Assembly: GCF_004010195.1 (NCBI RefSeq) | Contig: NC_057749.1 | Location: 23,356,999 to 23,420,998, forward strand | Direction: 5' to 3' | DNA from: Chiloscyllium plagiosum | Taxonomy: Eukaryota | DNA: 64,000 bases | Shown: positions 38,100-49,692 of the stretch, in pieces | Position numbering within the stretch: position 1 is the stretch's first letter | Layout: each line of letters begins with the position of its first letter | Translations under genes and position numbers: made by a program | Notes under the pieces: model-generated | What the model was told of the DNA's origin: nothing | The model's input: the letters and a program-made list of their open reading frames with translations, nothing else | Database searches by the model: none

Positions 38100-38835
38100 G
38101 AGCACAAACAGAAACTGCAGAGACAGAAGCAGAGTTAATATTTTGAGTCCAATGACACTTTTCCAGAACTGACAACAGTTAGGGAAAGTCAGGATGGGGG
38201 AAAGCAGGGAAGAAAGGAGTCATTAGAGATGGAACCCAGGGAGAGGGAAAGACAGTTTGACAGACAAAGGGATGGTTGATAGTAAGCCAGGGAAGGAGAG
38301 AAGCTGATGATTGCGACAGTGAATAGGTGAAAATGGGTTTGCTGTACTGAAATGACAATGTGTCATGACTGGACCTGGCCTGTGGGGCTGGCTAAAGGAC
38401 ATGGGAGAAGATGATCAGGCCCTAAAATGGCTGAACGCGACACTGAGTCCTAAAGACTGCAGAGTTCCCAAGTGGAAAATGAGGTGCTGTTCTTCCAGCC
38501 TGTGCTGAGCTTCACTGGAGCACTGCAGCAAGCCTGAGGCAGAGATACTGATCAGGAACGAGGGTGTGGTGCTGGAAAAACACAGCCGGTCAGGCAGCAT
38601 CCAAGGAGCAGGGGAATCGACGTTTCAGGCATAAGTCCTTCAGGGTTTACGTCCGAAATGTCAATTCTCCTGCTGATTGGATGCTGCCTGTCCTGCTGTG
38701 TTTTTCCAGCAACACATTCTCGACTCTGATCTCTAGCATCTGCAGTCCTCACTTTCTCCATGTTGGCCAGGGAACACGGTGGGTTACCGTGGCAGGCAAC
38801 TGGAAGCTCAGGGTCCTTTTTACGGAAGTCATTGA
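38100..38835 (-). mobile_element. Penelope 3' fragment (pLTR family B) with a nested family A palindrome at 38560-38758
   Basis: EAQHRLEEQHLIFHLGTLQSLGL and PVACH GIY-YIG tail motifs. Confidence 0.75.
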
Positions 38836-39979
38836 GTAGGGGGTCTTATGGCACAGTGGTAATGTCCATACCTCTAAACCAGAAGCTCTGGTTCAAGTTG
38901 CATCAGCTCTGTCTGATTGGGTTGTATAAAATAACTATAAATGGTAACTGTTTCGTTGTGTAAGAGCGAAAACAGAGACAGTGTGTTGAAGATTAAAGCA
39001 TTAAACCCTTACACTGGACTGAAACAAGGTAAAATACTTCTGAATTAGAAGCATGTGTCCACCAATGAAGCCAAGCTGACACTAGCAGGAAAATGTTTCA
39101 AGGCCAGTGATTGAAGTAAGATTAATTCATAGACAAAATGGATTTTAAAAAATTAAACAGTCAAAAACAAAGGAGTTGGACGAGAAACGATATAATTTGA
39201 GAAAGCTAGAGAGAGGCCAAACCAAATTAATTGGACAGAAAGGCTCAGATAAAATAACAGACCAGCAGCAAAATGCTTAATTGTGAGGTACATAAGGAAC
39301 AGATTTCAAATGCAGTCCAACCGGAATAAAGGAATTAGCAACTTGAAGTCTATACTTTTACATCAGCGGAACATAGAAACAGGAGTAGGAAAGGCCACTC
39401 AGCCCCTCATCCCTATCCCCCCATTCAAATGGATCATAATTGATCTTGTATCTCAACACCTGCATTATCAGGAGAACTTTGTTGTGCTCCCTCTAAGGCA
39501 AGTCCACCCTTCCTCATATAAGGCAGCCTAAACTGAACACAATATTCTGCACCCATCAATCGCAAAGTTGTAGCTGGCAACATTTGGAACTGGCAACGAT
39601 CACAGGAAAACCGATAACTGACAGCACAGGAGACCATTCAGCCTATCATTTTCCTGCCAGCTCTCTGCAAGGCAACCTCATCCAGTCCATTGTAAACCCC
39701 CTCCCCTCATTTCCCTGCAGCCCTTCAATCTTTTCCTCATCAAATAATGATCAACTTCTCCTTTAAAAGCTTCAAAATCGAATCAGCTCCCACCACACTC
39801 CCAGGCAGTGCATTTCAGATCGTCGTGTTAGATGGTTTTTCTCATTGCTCTTTCTGTCAGTAGGCTTCAATCTGCGCCCTCTGGTTCCCAATCCTCTTGC
39901 CAATGAGTACATCATTTCCCTTTCGACTCTGCCTCAGCCTCGCAGCTTTGAGCAATTTGATCAAACCTTCGTTCAACCA

Positions 39980-40192
39980 GGGGAGAAAGTGAGGACTGCA
40001 GATGTTGGAGGTCAGAGTCAAAAAGTGTGGCGTTGGAAAAGCACAGCTGGTTAGGCAGCATCCGAGCACCAGGAGGATCGATGTTTCGGGCATAAATGTC
40101 CCGATGAATGGCTTATGCCCAAAACGTCGACTCTCCTGCTCCTTGGATGCTGCCTGACCGGCTGTGCTTTTCCAGCGTCACACTATTTGACT
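39980..40192. repeat. pLTR family A palindromic element
   Basis: gtcaaaaagtgtggcgttggaaaagcacagc.. pairs with ..gctgtgcttttccagcgtcacactatttgac. Confidence 0.85.
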
Positions 40193-40727
40193 TTATACAA
40201 TCATCTCACCTCAGAGGGGAACAGCCTCAGGTTCTCCCAGTCAGTCCACATACCTCACCCCAGACACATTTTCATCGATCTTTACTGCACCTTCTCTCCT
40301 GCGTTCACATCTTTATGAAGAGTGCAGTGCCCAGCTAGTTGAGATTCTGAATGGGCTAACAATTGAAAAGTCTGATAAGTCTCTAGGTCAGATGGGTTGC
40401 AACCCAGGATTGGGAGAGAAATAAAGTTGAAAATTGTATAAGTGCAGTCCTGAATAATTCAATCCCTCTTAATGCTGGAGTGGTGCTGGTGAACTGGAGA
40501 AATGTTCCACCTATATTCCAAAAAAAGGGTGTAAGGGTTAGGATAATGCCAGTAACCCCGAGGGACTCAGTTTGGTGGTGGAGAGGCTGTGGTAATAATA
40601 AACTTAGGACAAAATTAATCATGTCATGGACTCACTCAGTCCCACACTAGAGTGTCAGCCTGAATGATGGACCTGACGTCCCTTTCGATTCCCACTGCAG
40701 CAATGCACTCGAGTTGATGAATCTAGG

Positions 40728-40935
40728 TTAAAAATCACACAGCACCAGGTTACAGTCCAACAGGTTTATTTGGAAGCACTAGCCTTCAGAGCGCTGCTCC
40801 TTCATCAGGTAGCTGTGGAGCAGGACCATAAGACACAGAATTTACAGCAAAAGATTATAGTGTCACGTAACTGAAATTATATGTTGAACAAACCTAGATT
40901 GCTGTTAAAGTCTTTTATCTTATGTGTTGAATAAT
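40728..40935 (-). repeat. pLTR family C fragment
   Basis: Same element as 23160 and 58075. Confidence 0.75.
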
Positions 40936-41169
40936 TCCTCAAACCCTTTCCTGCACCAACAAACTGCTGACCCAATTTCCTGATAGCTGCCAATCCCTTG
41001 GATCTGGTTAGACAAAGGGAATAATTTCTCAGGTCACTGTATATAGCAGCACTCCAAATCAGAGTGGATAACGTAGCCAGCACGTCAGATGTTAAATTCC
41101 CCAATGGTCCTCCAAACGTTAATAATGCAAATTGTAAATTTCATCCAGAAATCCTGGCCCATATAATTT

Positions 41170-41455
41170 ATTCATTTATAGGATGACATCTCACTGGTAC
41201 TTAAATAAAACATTTGTTGCCCGTTCTTAGTCAACTGTGAGAAGCTGGTGGGGAGCCATATTCTCAAACCACAGCAGTCCTTGTCAAGGTACATCCACAG
41301 TGCTCTGAGGAAGGGAGTTCTCGGACTTTGACCCAGCGACAGTGAAGGAACAGGGATATACTTCCAAGTCAGGATGGAGAGTGGTTTGGAGGGGAACATC
41401 AAGGGGGAGGTGCTCCCTGTATTTGCTGGCCTTGTCCTTCCAAGTGGCTGAGCTT
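41170..41455 (-). mobile_element. Ancient CR1-clade LINE family 2, 3' end
   Basis: Homology to 12990-13410. Confidence 0.7.
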
Positions 41456-41904
41456 AAATCCCCACACTCTGGTTAAGAATGAATATTGTATGAGAAACAG
41501 GACCAGAGCAATCCATGCTTTATTGTTGTGTCAAAAATTTCCGAGCTCAAAGACTTGCAGTTCATGACAGCTCCCTACCTCCCATTCCCAAGTCAGGTTC
41601 CGACAGGGAGTTCTGCTGTGTCACCCATTCCCTGACTTTTTACCTGTCTCATTAATCTTGCATATAAAACCTTGTCAAAAACCCTTTGAAAGTCCAGAGC
41701 TATAACACCCACTGCATTATTCTTGTCAAAAATGGCAGTAATGCCACCAAAACATCGAGAAATGTAATTAAATATGATCACCCTTTCTGAACCAACACAG
41801 ACAAGTTCCATTTTTATATTTGTGTCCATGTTGGATCCTCTACCGTGGCCTTAAATAGTGTCCTAGCTTCGAGCCTATTATCAAAGTATTTGTTAATGCG
41901 GTAT

Positions 41905-42222
41905 GGGGCGGCACTGTGGTTCAGTGGTTAGCACTGCTGCCACACAGCACCACGGTCCCAGGTTCAATTCCAGCCTTGGGTGACTGTCTGTGTGGAGTTT
42001 GCACATTCTCCCTGGATCTGCGTGGGTTTTCTCCGGGTGCTCTGGTTTCCTCCCACAGTCCAAAGTTGTGCAGGTCAGGTGGATTGGCCATGCTAAATTG
42101 CCCATAGGGTTAGGTGCATTAGTCAGAGGGAAATGGGTCTGGGTGGGTTACTCTTCAGAGGGTCGGTGTGGACCTGTTGGGCCGAAGGGCCTGTTTCCAC
42201 ACTGTAGGGAATCTAATCTAAT
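41905..42222 (+). mobile_element. HE1-type SINE
   Basis: Full length, with (AATCT)n tail. Confidence 0.92.
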
Positions 42223-43004
42223 CATATTGAATAATAACAGTACATTCGCCAACTTGCTGAGGTTCTCTTGTAAATCATTAAGTATTACTTACCACATTTC
42301 TCTTTTAATTGTGAATGAATTTAATCAGGACAAATTTTGAGCCTAACTTTGATGCTGTATGAACACTGCCTAACCCCTCCTAAAACCATCCCTCTAGATC
42401 TGCTCCTGAATTTGCTTTCAGTTCTCTTCCTTCTGTAAAATTTTTAATAGCAATTAACTTAGCTGTACTCTATAAGGACACAATTCAGAAATATTCTAAA
42501 ATGTACAGCCTTTGTATAAAACATACTGTTTAAGCTACATATATCACATCCTACAGTGAATCATTCCTTTTATTGCTCTGAAACTCAACCCTCATTGTTT
42601 CAGGAACAATTTTAAATTGATCATCCCATTTCGCTGTCTCCTCACACTGGAGAAACGTTTAATCACACAACAGACACCCTTCGTCTTTAACTTGCTTTAA
42701 AACTCTCTATTAAATCTCCAGTGATGCTTGTACCCAGGGAATAATTGAAATAGTCACAAGAGTCTACAATGTGAAGGACATCAGAGCAGAAAGCGTAGAG
42801 GACAACAGACTCATGAGCTCCTATTAGATCACCAGTGATCATACCCAAAGGATCTAGAATGGTCACAAAGACATGTTCTCTCAAGTCAGCCACAAATCAA
42901 CTTTTCAAGTGAAATTTACTTGTCCTCTTGCTGTTAGTAAGCAAGGCAATTCTCAGTCAGTTTGTTGTACTCATAACTAAAGATTTTCCTAAATTTGCTT
43001 TAGA

Positions 43005-43541
43005 AGGGCAGCACAGTGGCTCAGTGGTTAGCGCCAGGGACCTTGGTTCGATCCCAGCTTTCGGCAGCTGTCTGTGTGGGGTTTGCATGTTCTCCCTGTG
43101 TCTGCGTGGGTTTCCTCCGGGTGCGCCGGTTTCCTCCCACAGTCCAAAGATAGGTGAATTAGAGGGGGTCAATTTAAAATGGAAATGAGGAGACATTTCT
43201 TCAGCCAGAGAGTGGTGGGCCTGTAGAATTCATTGCCATGGAGCACAGTGGAGGCCGGGACGTTGGGTGTCTTCAAGGCAGAGATTGATAAATTCTTGAT
43301 CTCGCAAGGAATTAAGGGCTATGGGGAGAGTGCGGGTAAGTGGAGTGGACTCGATGGGCCAAATGGCCTTGCTTCCACTCCTATGCCTTATGGTCTTATG
43401 ATCCAATGTCCTGTTGTGTCCAGGGATGTGCAGATTAGATGGATTAACTATGGGGAATACAAGGGTGGGTTTGGGTGCTCTCCGTACGGTCAGTGTGGAC
43501 TCGATGGACCAAATGGCTTGCTTCTACACTGGAGGGATTCT
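43005..43541 (+). mobile_element. HE1-type SINE interrupted by a CR1 3' end (~43160-43400)
   Basis: The SINE core stops at gtccaaagata and resumes at gtgtccagggatgtgcag. Confidence 0.8.
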
Positions 43542-43802
43542 TTAACTAGGTGTGCTTTCTGTTCCAGTTCAATCACATCCATAGTGGGGATTTCTGTGAC
43601 AATCCCCTCTCAGAGATAGGTAAGAATCACACCAGTTGAATCCAAGCTAGCATCTCAGAAATGAGCGCTTTGTACCACAATGGATACAATGAGCACGGAA
43701 CCACAAGGTCCCTCCCCTTCTCTTAGTTGAGGTTGGGAGTAATTCAGGTTTCACAGGACACATCAAAAGGAAGGACAGGACATTGGGAAAGGTGCAAAAA
43801 AA

Positions 43803-44246
43803 AGAGCTATAGGAAGAGGCTGAATAGGCTGGTGCTATTTCCCTGGAGCATCGGAGGCTGAGGTGTGACCTTATAGAGGTTTATAAAATCATGAGGGACA
43901 TGGATAAGGTAAATAGACAAAGGTCTTTTCCCTGGGGTGGGGGAGTCCAGGACTAGAGGGCATAGGTTTAGGGTGACAGGGGAAGGGATCTAAGTGGCGA
44001 CTTTTTCACACAGAGGGTGGTACATGTATGGAATGAGCTGCCGGAGAATGTGGTGGAGGCTGGTACAATTGCAACATTTAAAAGGCATCTGGATGGGTAT
44101 ATGAATAGAAAGGGTTTGGAGGGATATGGGCCAAGTGCTGACAAATGGGACTAGATTAATTTAGGATATGTGGTTGAGATATCTGGTCAGCATGGAGGAG
44201 TTGGACCGAAGGATCTGTTTCTGCGCTGTACAGGTCTACGACTCTA
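43803..44246 (+). mobile_element. CR1 LINE 3' fragment
   Basis: Close homology to 25140-25550. Confidence 0.9.
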
Positions 44247-45119
44247 CGTTCCTGCCTTCTAAACAGCTCGTTTTACAATTCCGGACAAGTACACGAAAGG
44301 CGAAGGTCATCCTACAACCCAATCAAAATAAGGAGCGGAGCTCAGATTGGAAATGTGTGAGTAATCCTCCTCTCCCCCCCATTCTGCAGTAATGGCAGCT
44401 TCCAATATTCAAGCCAACCACACAGGATTCATGCTTTTATTTGTTCAAGGAATGCGGGCACAATGGAAAGGTCTAAATTTGTTGCCCATCCCTGTTGCCC
44501 TTAAACCGAGTGGCTTGTTAACATATTTCAGAGGGTGGGAAAGAGTCAACCACATTGCTGTGAGTCTGGAGTCACATACAAACCGGAGTGGGTTAGGCAG
44601 ACTTCCTTCCCTGAAGGACGTGACTGAACCATTGGCGTTTTAACCACCTTTGAATATAGTTTCTTGGTCACCAGCTTTCAATTCATGATTTTTAGAACGG
44701 CATTTCACTTCCACCATATCTCCACACCATCAGCTTGGGTCACGGGATTACTGGTCCAAAGGCGTCACAATGCTACCATCTCTAATTGAGCATTCAACAG
44801 TACTTTTCTAAGATTACATCTCTCTCCAAACAATATAAAGTCCCAGCAAACCTGCCATCTAAACATTTGTTGGTCCACGATAGAAATAGATCTGCCAAAA
44901 TCTGGCATTCTCCACATTATTCACATCTAACGTTGACTTCTCAGCAGCACCTTCCAACCCCATGACCTCTGCCATCGAGAAGGACAAGAGCAGCAGATAC
45001 ACGGAAAAACCACAACCTGCTAGTTTCCCTGTGAGGTACTCACCATCCTGACTAAGTAATATACTGCCATTCCTTCACTGCTACTGGGTCAGAATCCGCG
45101 ATCCCCAAGAGTATTTGGG

Positions 45120-45260
45120 TGTAGAAACCCAAACATATAAATAGAAAGCAGGGATCATGAACAATGTTTCACCTGGAGGCCCATTGAAGATGTTACCTAG
45201 TAGGGCGACGAAACGTCTGGAAATGAGCCTTCCAGCTTGGCGAGCAAACCTGTATCCTGA
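45120..45260 (+). repeat. pLTR family D fragment with hammerhead-like core
   Basis: CA-TTGAAGA-T-GTTACC-TAGTAG-GGCGAC-GAAA-CG-TC-TG at 45182-45219. Confidence 0.7.
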
Positions 45261-45444
45261 ATGGACATGTTCAAGCAGATGGCCAACCTCCATCTTCTCA
45301 AGTACAAACGGCACTGTAAGTGTCAGTCAGGCCAATTATACCCCAGAGCTGGACTGAAATAGTCACAACAGTCCACCATGTGAAGGAAAGCATAGCAGAA
45401 AATATTGGAAAACAGATCCATTAATCCTTGGTCTTGTTAGTTAC

Positions 45445-45792
45445 CATACCATAGAATCCCTACAGTGTGGAAACATGCCATTTGGCCCAACAAGTCCACA
45501 CCAACCCTCCATAGTGTATCACCCAGACTCATCCCCTTACCCTATACCCCTACATTTCCCATGGCTAACCCACCCAGCCTGCACATCCCTGGACACCATG
45601 GGACAATTTAGCATGGCCAACCCACCTAACCTGCACATCTTTGGACTGTGGGAGGAAACCGGAGCACCCAGAGGGAACCCATGCAGACATGGGAAGAACG
45701 TGCAAACAGGCAGTCGTCTGAGGATGGAATTGAACCTGAACCTCTGGTGCTGCGAGACTGCAGTGTGAACCACTGAGCTATCATGCCACCCA
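45445..45792 (-). mobile_element. HE1-type SINE
   Basis: Head, core and tail on -. Confidence 0.9.
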
Positions 45793-45826
45793 AGTCAAAA
45801 CATAAGTCAACATCTTCTGCTGAAAG

Positions 45827-45943
45827 GAGCAAGTGAGGACTCCAAATGCTGGAGCTCTGAATCGAGAGTGTGGTGCTGGAAAAGGCAGCATCTGAGGCGC
45901 AGGAGAATCGACGTTTCGGGCATAAGCCCATCATCCCCATTCT
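45827..45943 (-). repeat. pLTR family A mini-insertion with 16-bp TSD
   Basis: CATCTTCTGCTGAAAG at 45811-45826 and 45944-45959. Confidence 0.85.
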
Positions 45944-46264
45944 CATCTTCTGCTGAAAGTCTGTAACATGTTCTCTAGCTGTTGGTAAGCAAGTCAAATC
46001 TCTGGCATGTGTAAAGAATATTAACTAATGACCCTCTTAAAGATGCTTCAAAAGAGTACGACATCTAAAGCTTACCTTCAATTCCACTGTTCTATCGCCA
46101 AATTAATCCAACTTAAACCTACAAGAGTAGTGAGGAATGAGGGATGGTGATGTTTCTTTCAGAGGTTATTCTTGGGTATGTTCACTGACATTGTAGCACA
46201 TCAATGTAAGTCACATTACATTTCAATTTCACTTCAGCTTGATGTGATTGTTTATTTCTCTTAG

Positions 46265-47175
46265 TCAAAAGGTTTCAAGTTCAAACTGAAAGTACATTAT
46301 CAAGGGAGTGTTACACTGTCAGAGGCACCAACATTCAGAAGAGATGTTAAACCAAAACCATGTCCGTCCTTTCAGATACGTGTCAAAGATCCTGTGACGC
46401 TCCTTGATAAAGAACAGGAAAGTACTCCCTGGAGAAACTCAGCAGGTCTGGCAGCATTTGTGGAGAGAGAAAGGTTCAAGCTCAACATGGCGCCTTCTTT
46501 ATAACTATTCTGAAGAAGTCATGTCGGACTTGAAAATGTCAACTCTGCTTCTCTCTCCTCAGATGTTGAGTTTGTCCAGCACTTTGTTTTTATTTCAGGT
46601 TTCCAGCATTGGCAGTATTTTCCTTTTGTTTGAGTTGTCTCTGGTGCCGTGATCATGATTTATCCCTGAACCAACATCACAACAACAGATTATCAGGTCG
46701 TCATCAAACTGTACGGTTCTGAAGGAGGGGAACCGGGTCTGAAACATTAACTCAGCTATCTCTCCACAGATGCTGCCAGATCTGCTGAGCTTTTCTAACA
46801 ATTTCTGTTTTTGTTGAGGGGCTTGTGGAATCTTGCTGTGTCGAAATTTGCTGCTATTTCCCCTACATGACATCATCTAAAATCTGGTGGTCATAGAAGA
46901 AAATATTTAAATACATTCGTTTTCTCTTTCGTTCAGTTCTGAGGGGGTGCTGCACTGTCTGATGTGCTGTTTCTCAGAAATAAATTAATATCCCATTTCC
47001 TGCTCCAGTATATATAGAAGATGCTAAACCCCAAGAATTCCCCTGATGTTCTAACCAACATTAATCCCCCATTGCCAGAATTAGCTTAAGTGATCAATTA
47101 AGTTTTGCTTTGTGTGGGATCTTACAGTTTATGGATTCGCTACTATTTTTATCTCCAAGGCAACACTTCTTACTC
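46265..47175 (+). mobile_element. Two Deu-domain SINE relics with nested pLTR-B elements (46428-46630, 46715-46815)
   Basis: gggagtgttacactgtcagagg, tttatccctgaaccaacatcac and gtggaatcttgctgtgtcgaaatttgctg. A second copy starts at ~46940. Confidence 0.6.
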
Positions 47176-47500
47176 ATTTTGGGATTGAGGATGTCAATGG
47201 CTAGGCCATCCCTAATTACCCAGGGGGCAATTAAGAGTCAACTACATTGCTGTGGGTCTGGAGTCACATGTTGGCCAGACCAGGTAAGGATGGCAGTTTC
47301 CTTCCCTGAAGGGCATTAGTGAACCAGATGGGTTTTCCTGACAATTAATTCATGGTCGTCATTCGACTCTTAATTCCAAATTTTTACTGCATTCAAATTC
47401 CACTATCTGTCCTGGCAGAATTCGAACCCAGGTTCCAAGAACATCAGCTGAGTCTCTAGGTTAACAGTCCAGTGATAATACCGCCAACCCAATACCTCCC
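47170..47500 (-). mobile_element. tRNA-derived SINE family 2, near full length
   Basis: Minus head gggaggtattgggttggcggtattatcactggac..gggttcgaattc, and a tail like LINE family 2. Confidence 0.75.
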
Positions 47501-47983
47501 CCTTGTACTTCAATAGGACTGTGAGACATTCTAATGTCGGGGTAAGCATGTGTTCAATGCAAATTCTCACTCGCTTGTTTCTTCTCTGTACTAACAGAAA
47601 ATGAAAGCAATTAATTTTCTGAAAAGCTCCAAATTGTTGCTTCACGTCTGATACGGGTAGTAGGTGTGGCTGATACATGTACCTCACCTCTGTGCTCTTT
47701 CGCAAATCTTACTCCTCTGACCTCACTTTGCTTTTTTTCCTGAGACAGTCACTCCTTCCCAATTGGAGATTCACCCTCACTACTTCATTAAAATGCCCAA
47801 GAGTCGCTCAGTAAAATGGCCATTTTAGTTCATTCTCTTCCCTTCCCCCAGGTTATTATTGAACAACATTCTTAACTGTACATGGGCATCACTGGAATTG
47901 TCAGCAGTTATTGACTGTCCCTAATGGCCCCTGAATTGACTGGCTTAGACAGACGTCCATGCAAAAGTGTTAGTGGGTTTCTT

Positions 47984-48292
47984 GGGTGGCACAGTGGCTA
48001 GCACTGCTGCCTCACAACGCCAGGGACCCGGGTTCAATTCCAGCCTTGGGCGACTGTCTGTGTGGAGTTTGCACATTCTCCCCGTGTCTGCGTGGGTTTC
48101 CTCTGGGTGCTCCGGTTTCTTCCCACAATCCAAAGATGTGCAGGTCAGGTGGATTGGCTATGCTAAACTGCCCATCGTGTTGTTAGGTCAATTAGTCAGT
48201 GGGGAGCGGGTCTGGGTGGGTTACTCTTCGGAGAGTCGGTGTGAACTTGCTGGGCTGAACAGCCCGTTTTCACATTGTAAGAAATCTAATCT
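47984..48292 (+). mobile_element. HE1-type SINE
   Basis: Full length. Confidence 0.9.
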
Positions 48293-48294
48293 TG

Positions 48295-48805
48295 AACCGC
48301 GGCAGTCTGTGTGACGTAGATACACCCATTGTTGGGAAGGAGCCCAGAGACAGTGAAGGAACGGTAATATAATTCCCAGTCAGGATGGGGAAGTGGCTTG
48401 GAGGGGAACTTGCAAGGGATGGTGTTCTCATCTATCTCCTGCCCTTGCCCTTCGAGAGGATGGAGTGTAGATTTAGAAGGTGCTGTCGAAAGAACCTCAG
48501 TGAGTTGCTGCAGTACATCTTGTAGATGCTACGTACTGCTGCAACTGGGCAATGGTGATTGAATGGTGGAGGATGTTGTGCCAATTAAACGGGCTGCTTT
48601 TGTCCTGGACGGTGTCAGGCTGCGAGTGTTATCAGACCTACACCCAGCCAGGCTATTGTTCCATCGCACTCCTGACTTGTGTCTTGTAGATGATGGACAG
48701 GCTTTCAGGAGTCAAAGTACTTGTCCCTGAGTTCTCAGACTGTGAGCTACTCTTATAGTCACATTATTCCCATAGCTGATCCAGATCAGTTTCTAATCAA
48801 TGATA
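48295..48805 (-). mobile_element. Ancient CR1-clade LINE family 2 fragment
   Basis: Homology to 12990-13410 and 7400-7900. Confidence 0.7.
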
Positions 48806-48915
48806 ATTGCTGCAGTTCCAGCGTTACACATGCGTATAAATCTGATAGAGTTTTATAACTACTGATGTGATTTCACACCACCATTTCAAAGACTTATTTT
48901 CACAATCCAGATGTA

Positions 48916-49119
48916 CAGATCATTCGGCCATAACGTGCGTTTTATTAACGCAAATTCACTGTAACGCGATTGCCAAATTAGGGACGTTGTTTCAAAGGCG
49001 CAAACTTGAAAACGTGTGTTGACTGTAATGCGATTACATCGCCAACACTAAGCGCTGTTTCTAAAGCGCAATTTTTCTATAATAAGAATGCAACCATTGC
49101 GTTACAGAAGAACTGTGTG
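48916..49119. mobile_element. Tigger-like MITE
   Basis: TA-flanked, with imperfect TIRs (..ATAACG / CGTTA..GAAGAACT). A second copy is inverted at ~57405-57621. Confidence 0.6.
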
Positions 49120-49364
49120 TATGAACTGAATTTTAATTCTACCAGCCGCTGGTGTAGGAATTGAATCAGTGTCACTAGAGCCTTAATCCAGGCCTCTGTA
49201 AAACTAATCCATAGATGTCACTACTATGATACAACTATGAATATTTTAAAAGCCGTCGATCAATTTAATTTTTGGGTCATAAATCCTGAGAGGACACAAG
49301 GATTCTTTCTGGGTTTCTCTGGACTGGTGAAAACTGTCACCCTCACTGAAGAAGGTTGGGGTGC

Positions 49365-49692
49365 CATGGGTGGCTCAGTGGTTAGCACTGTTGCTTCACA
49401 GCACAAGGGATCTGGATTCAATCCCAGCCTCAGGCGATTATCTGTGTGGAGTTTGCATGTTCTCCCAGTGTCTGCCTGGGTGTGCTCCAGCTTCCTCCCA
49501 CAGTCCAAAGACCTGACGGTTAGGGGGGTTTGGCCGTGGGAAATTGCTCAGTGTCCAGGGATGAGCAGGCTAGATGAGGTTAGCTATGGGTAAGGCAGAG
49601 TGGTTGTGGTGGGTCTAGGTGGGATGCTCTTTGAAGGGGTGCTGTGGAGTCAATGGGCCAAATGACCTGCTTCCACACTGTAGGGATTCTCT
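49365..49692 (+). mobile_element. HE1-type SINE
   Basis: Head, core and tail. Confidence 0.88.

Noticed and set aside
47967..48314. Recurrent ORFs such as MAQWLALLPH.. and ..WSLHILPVSAWVSSGCSG.. as a small-protein family
   Set aside because: These are chance frames through HE1 SINE copies, with inconsistent starts and stops.
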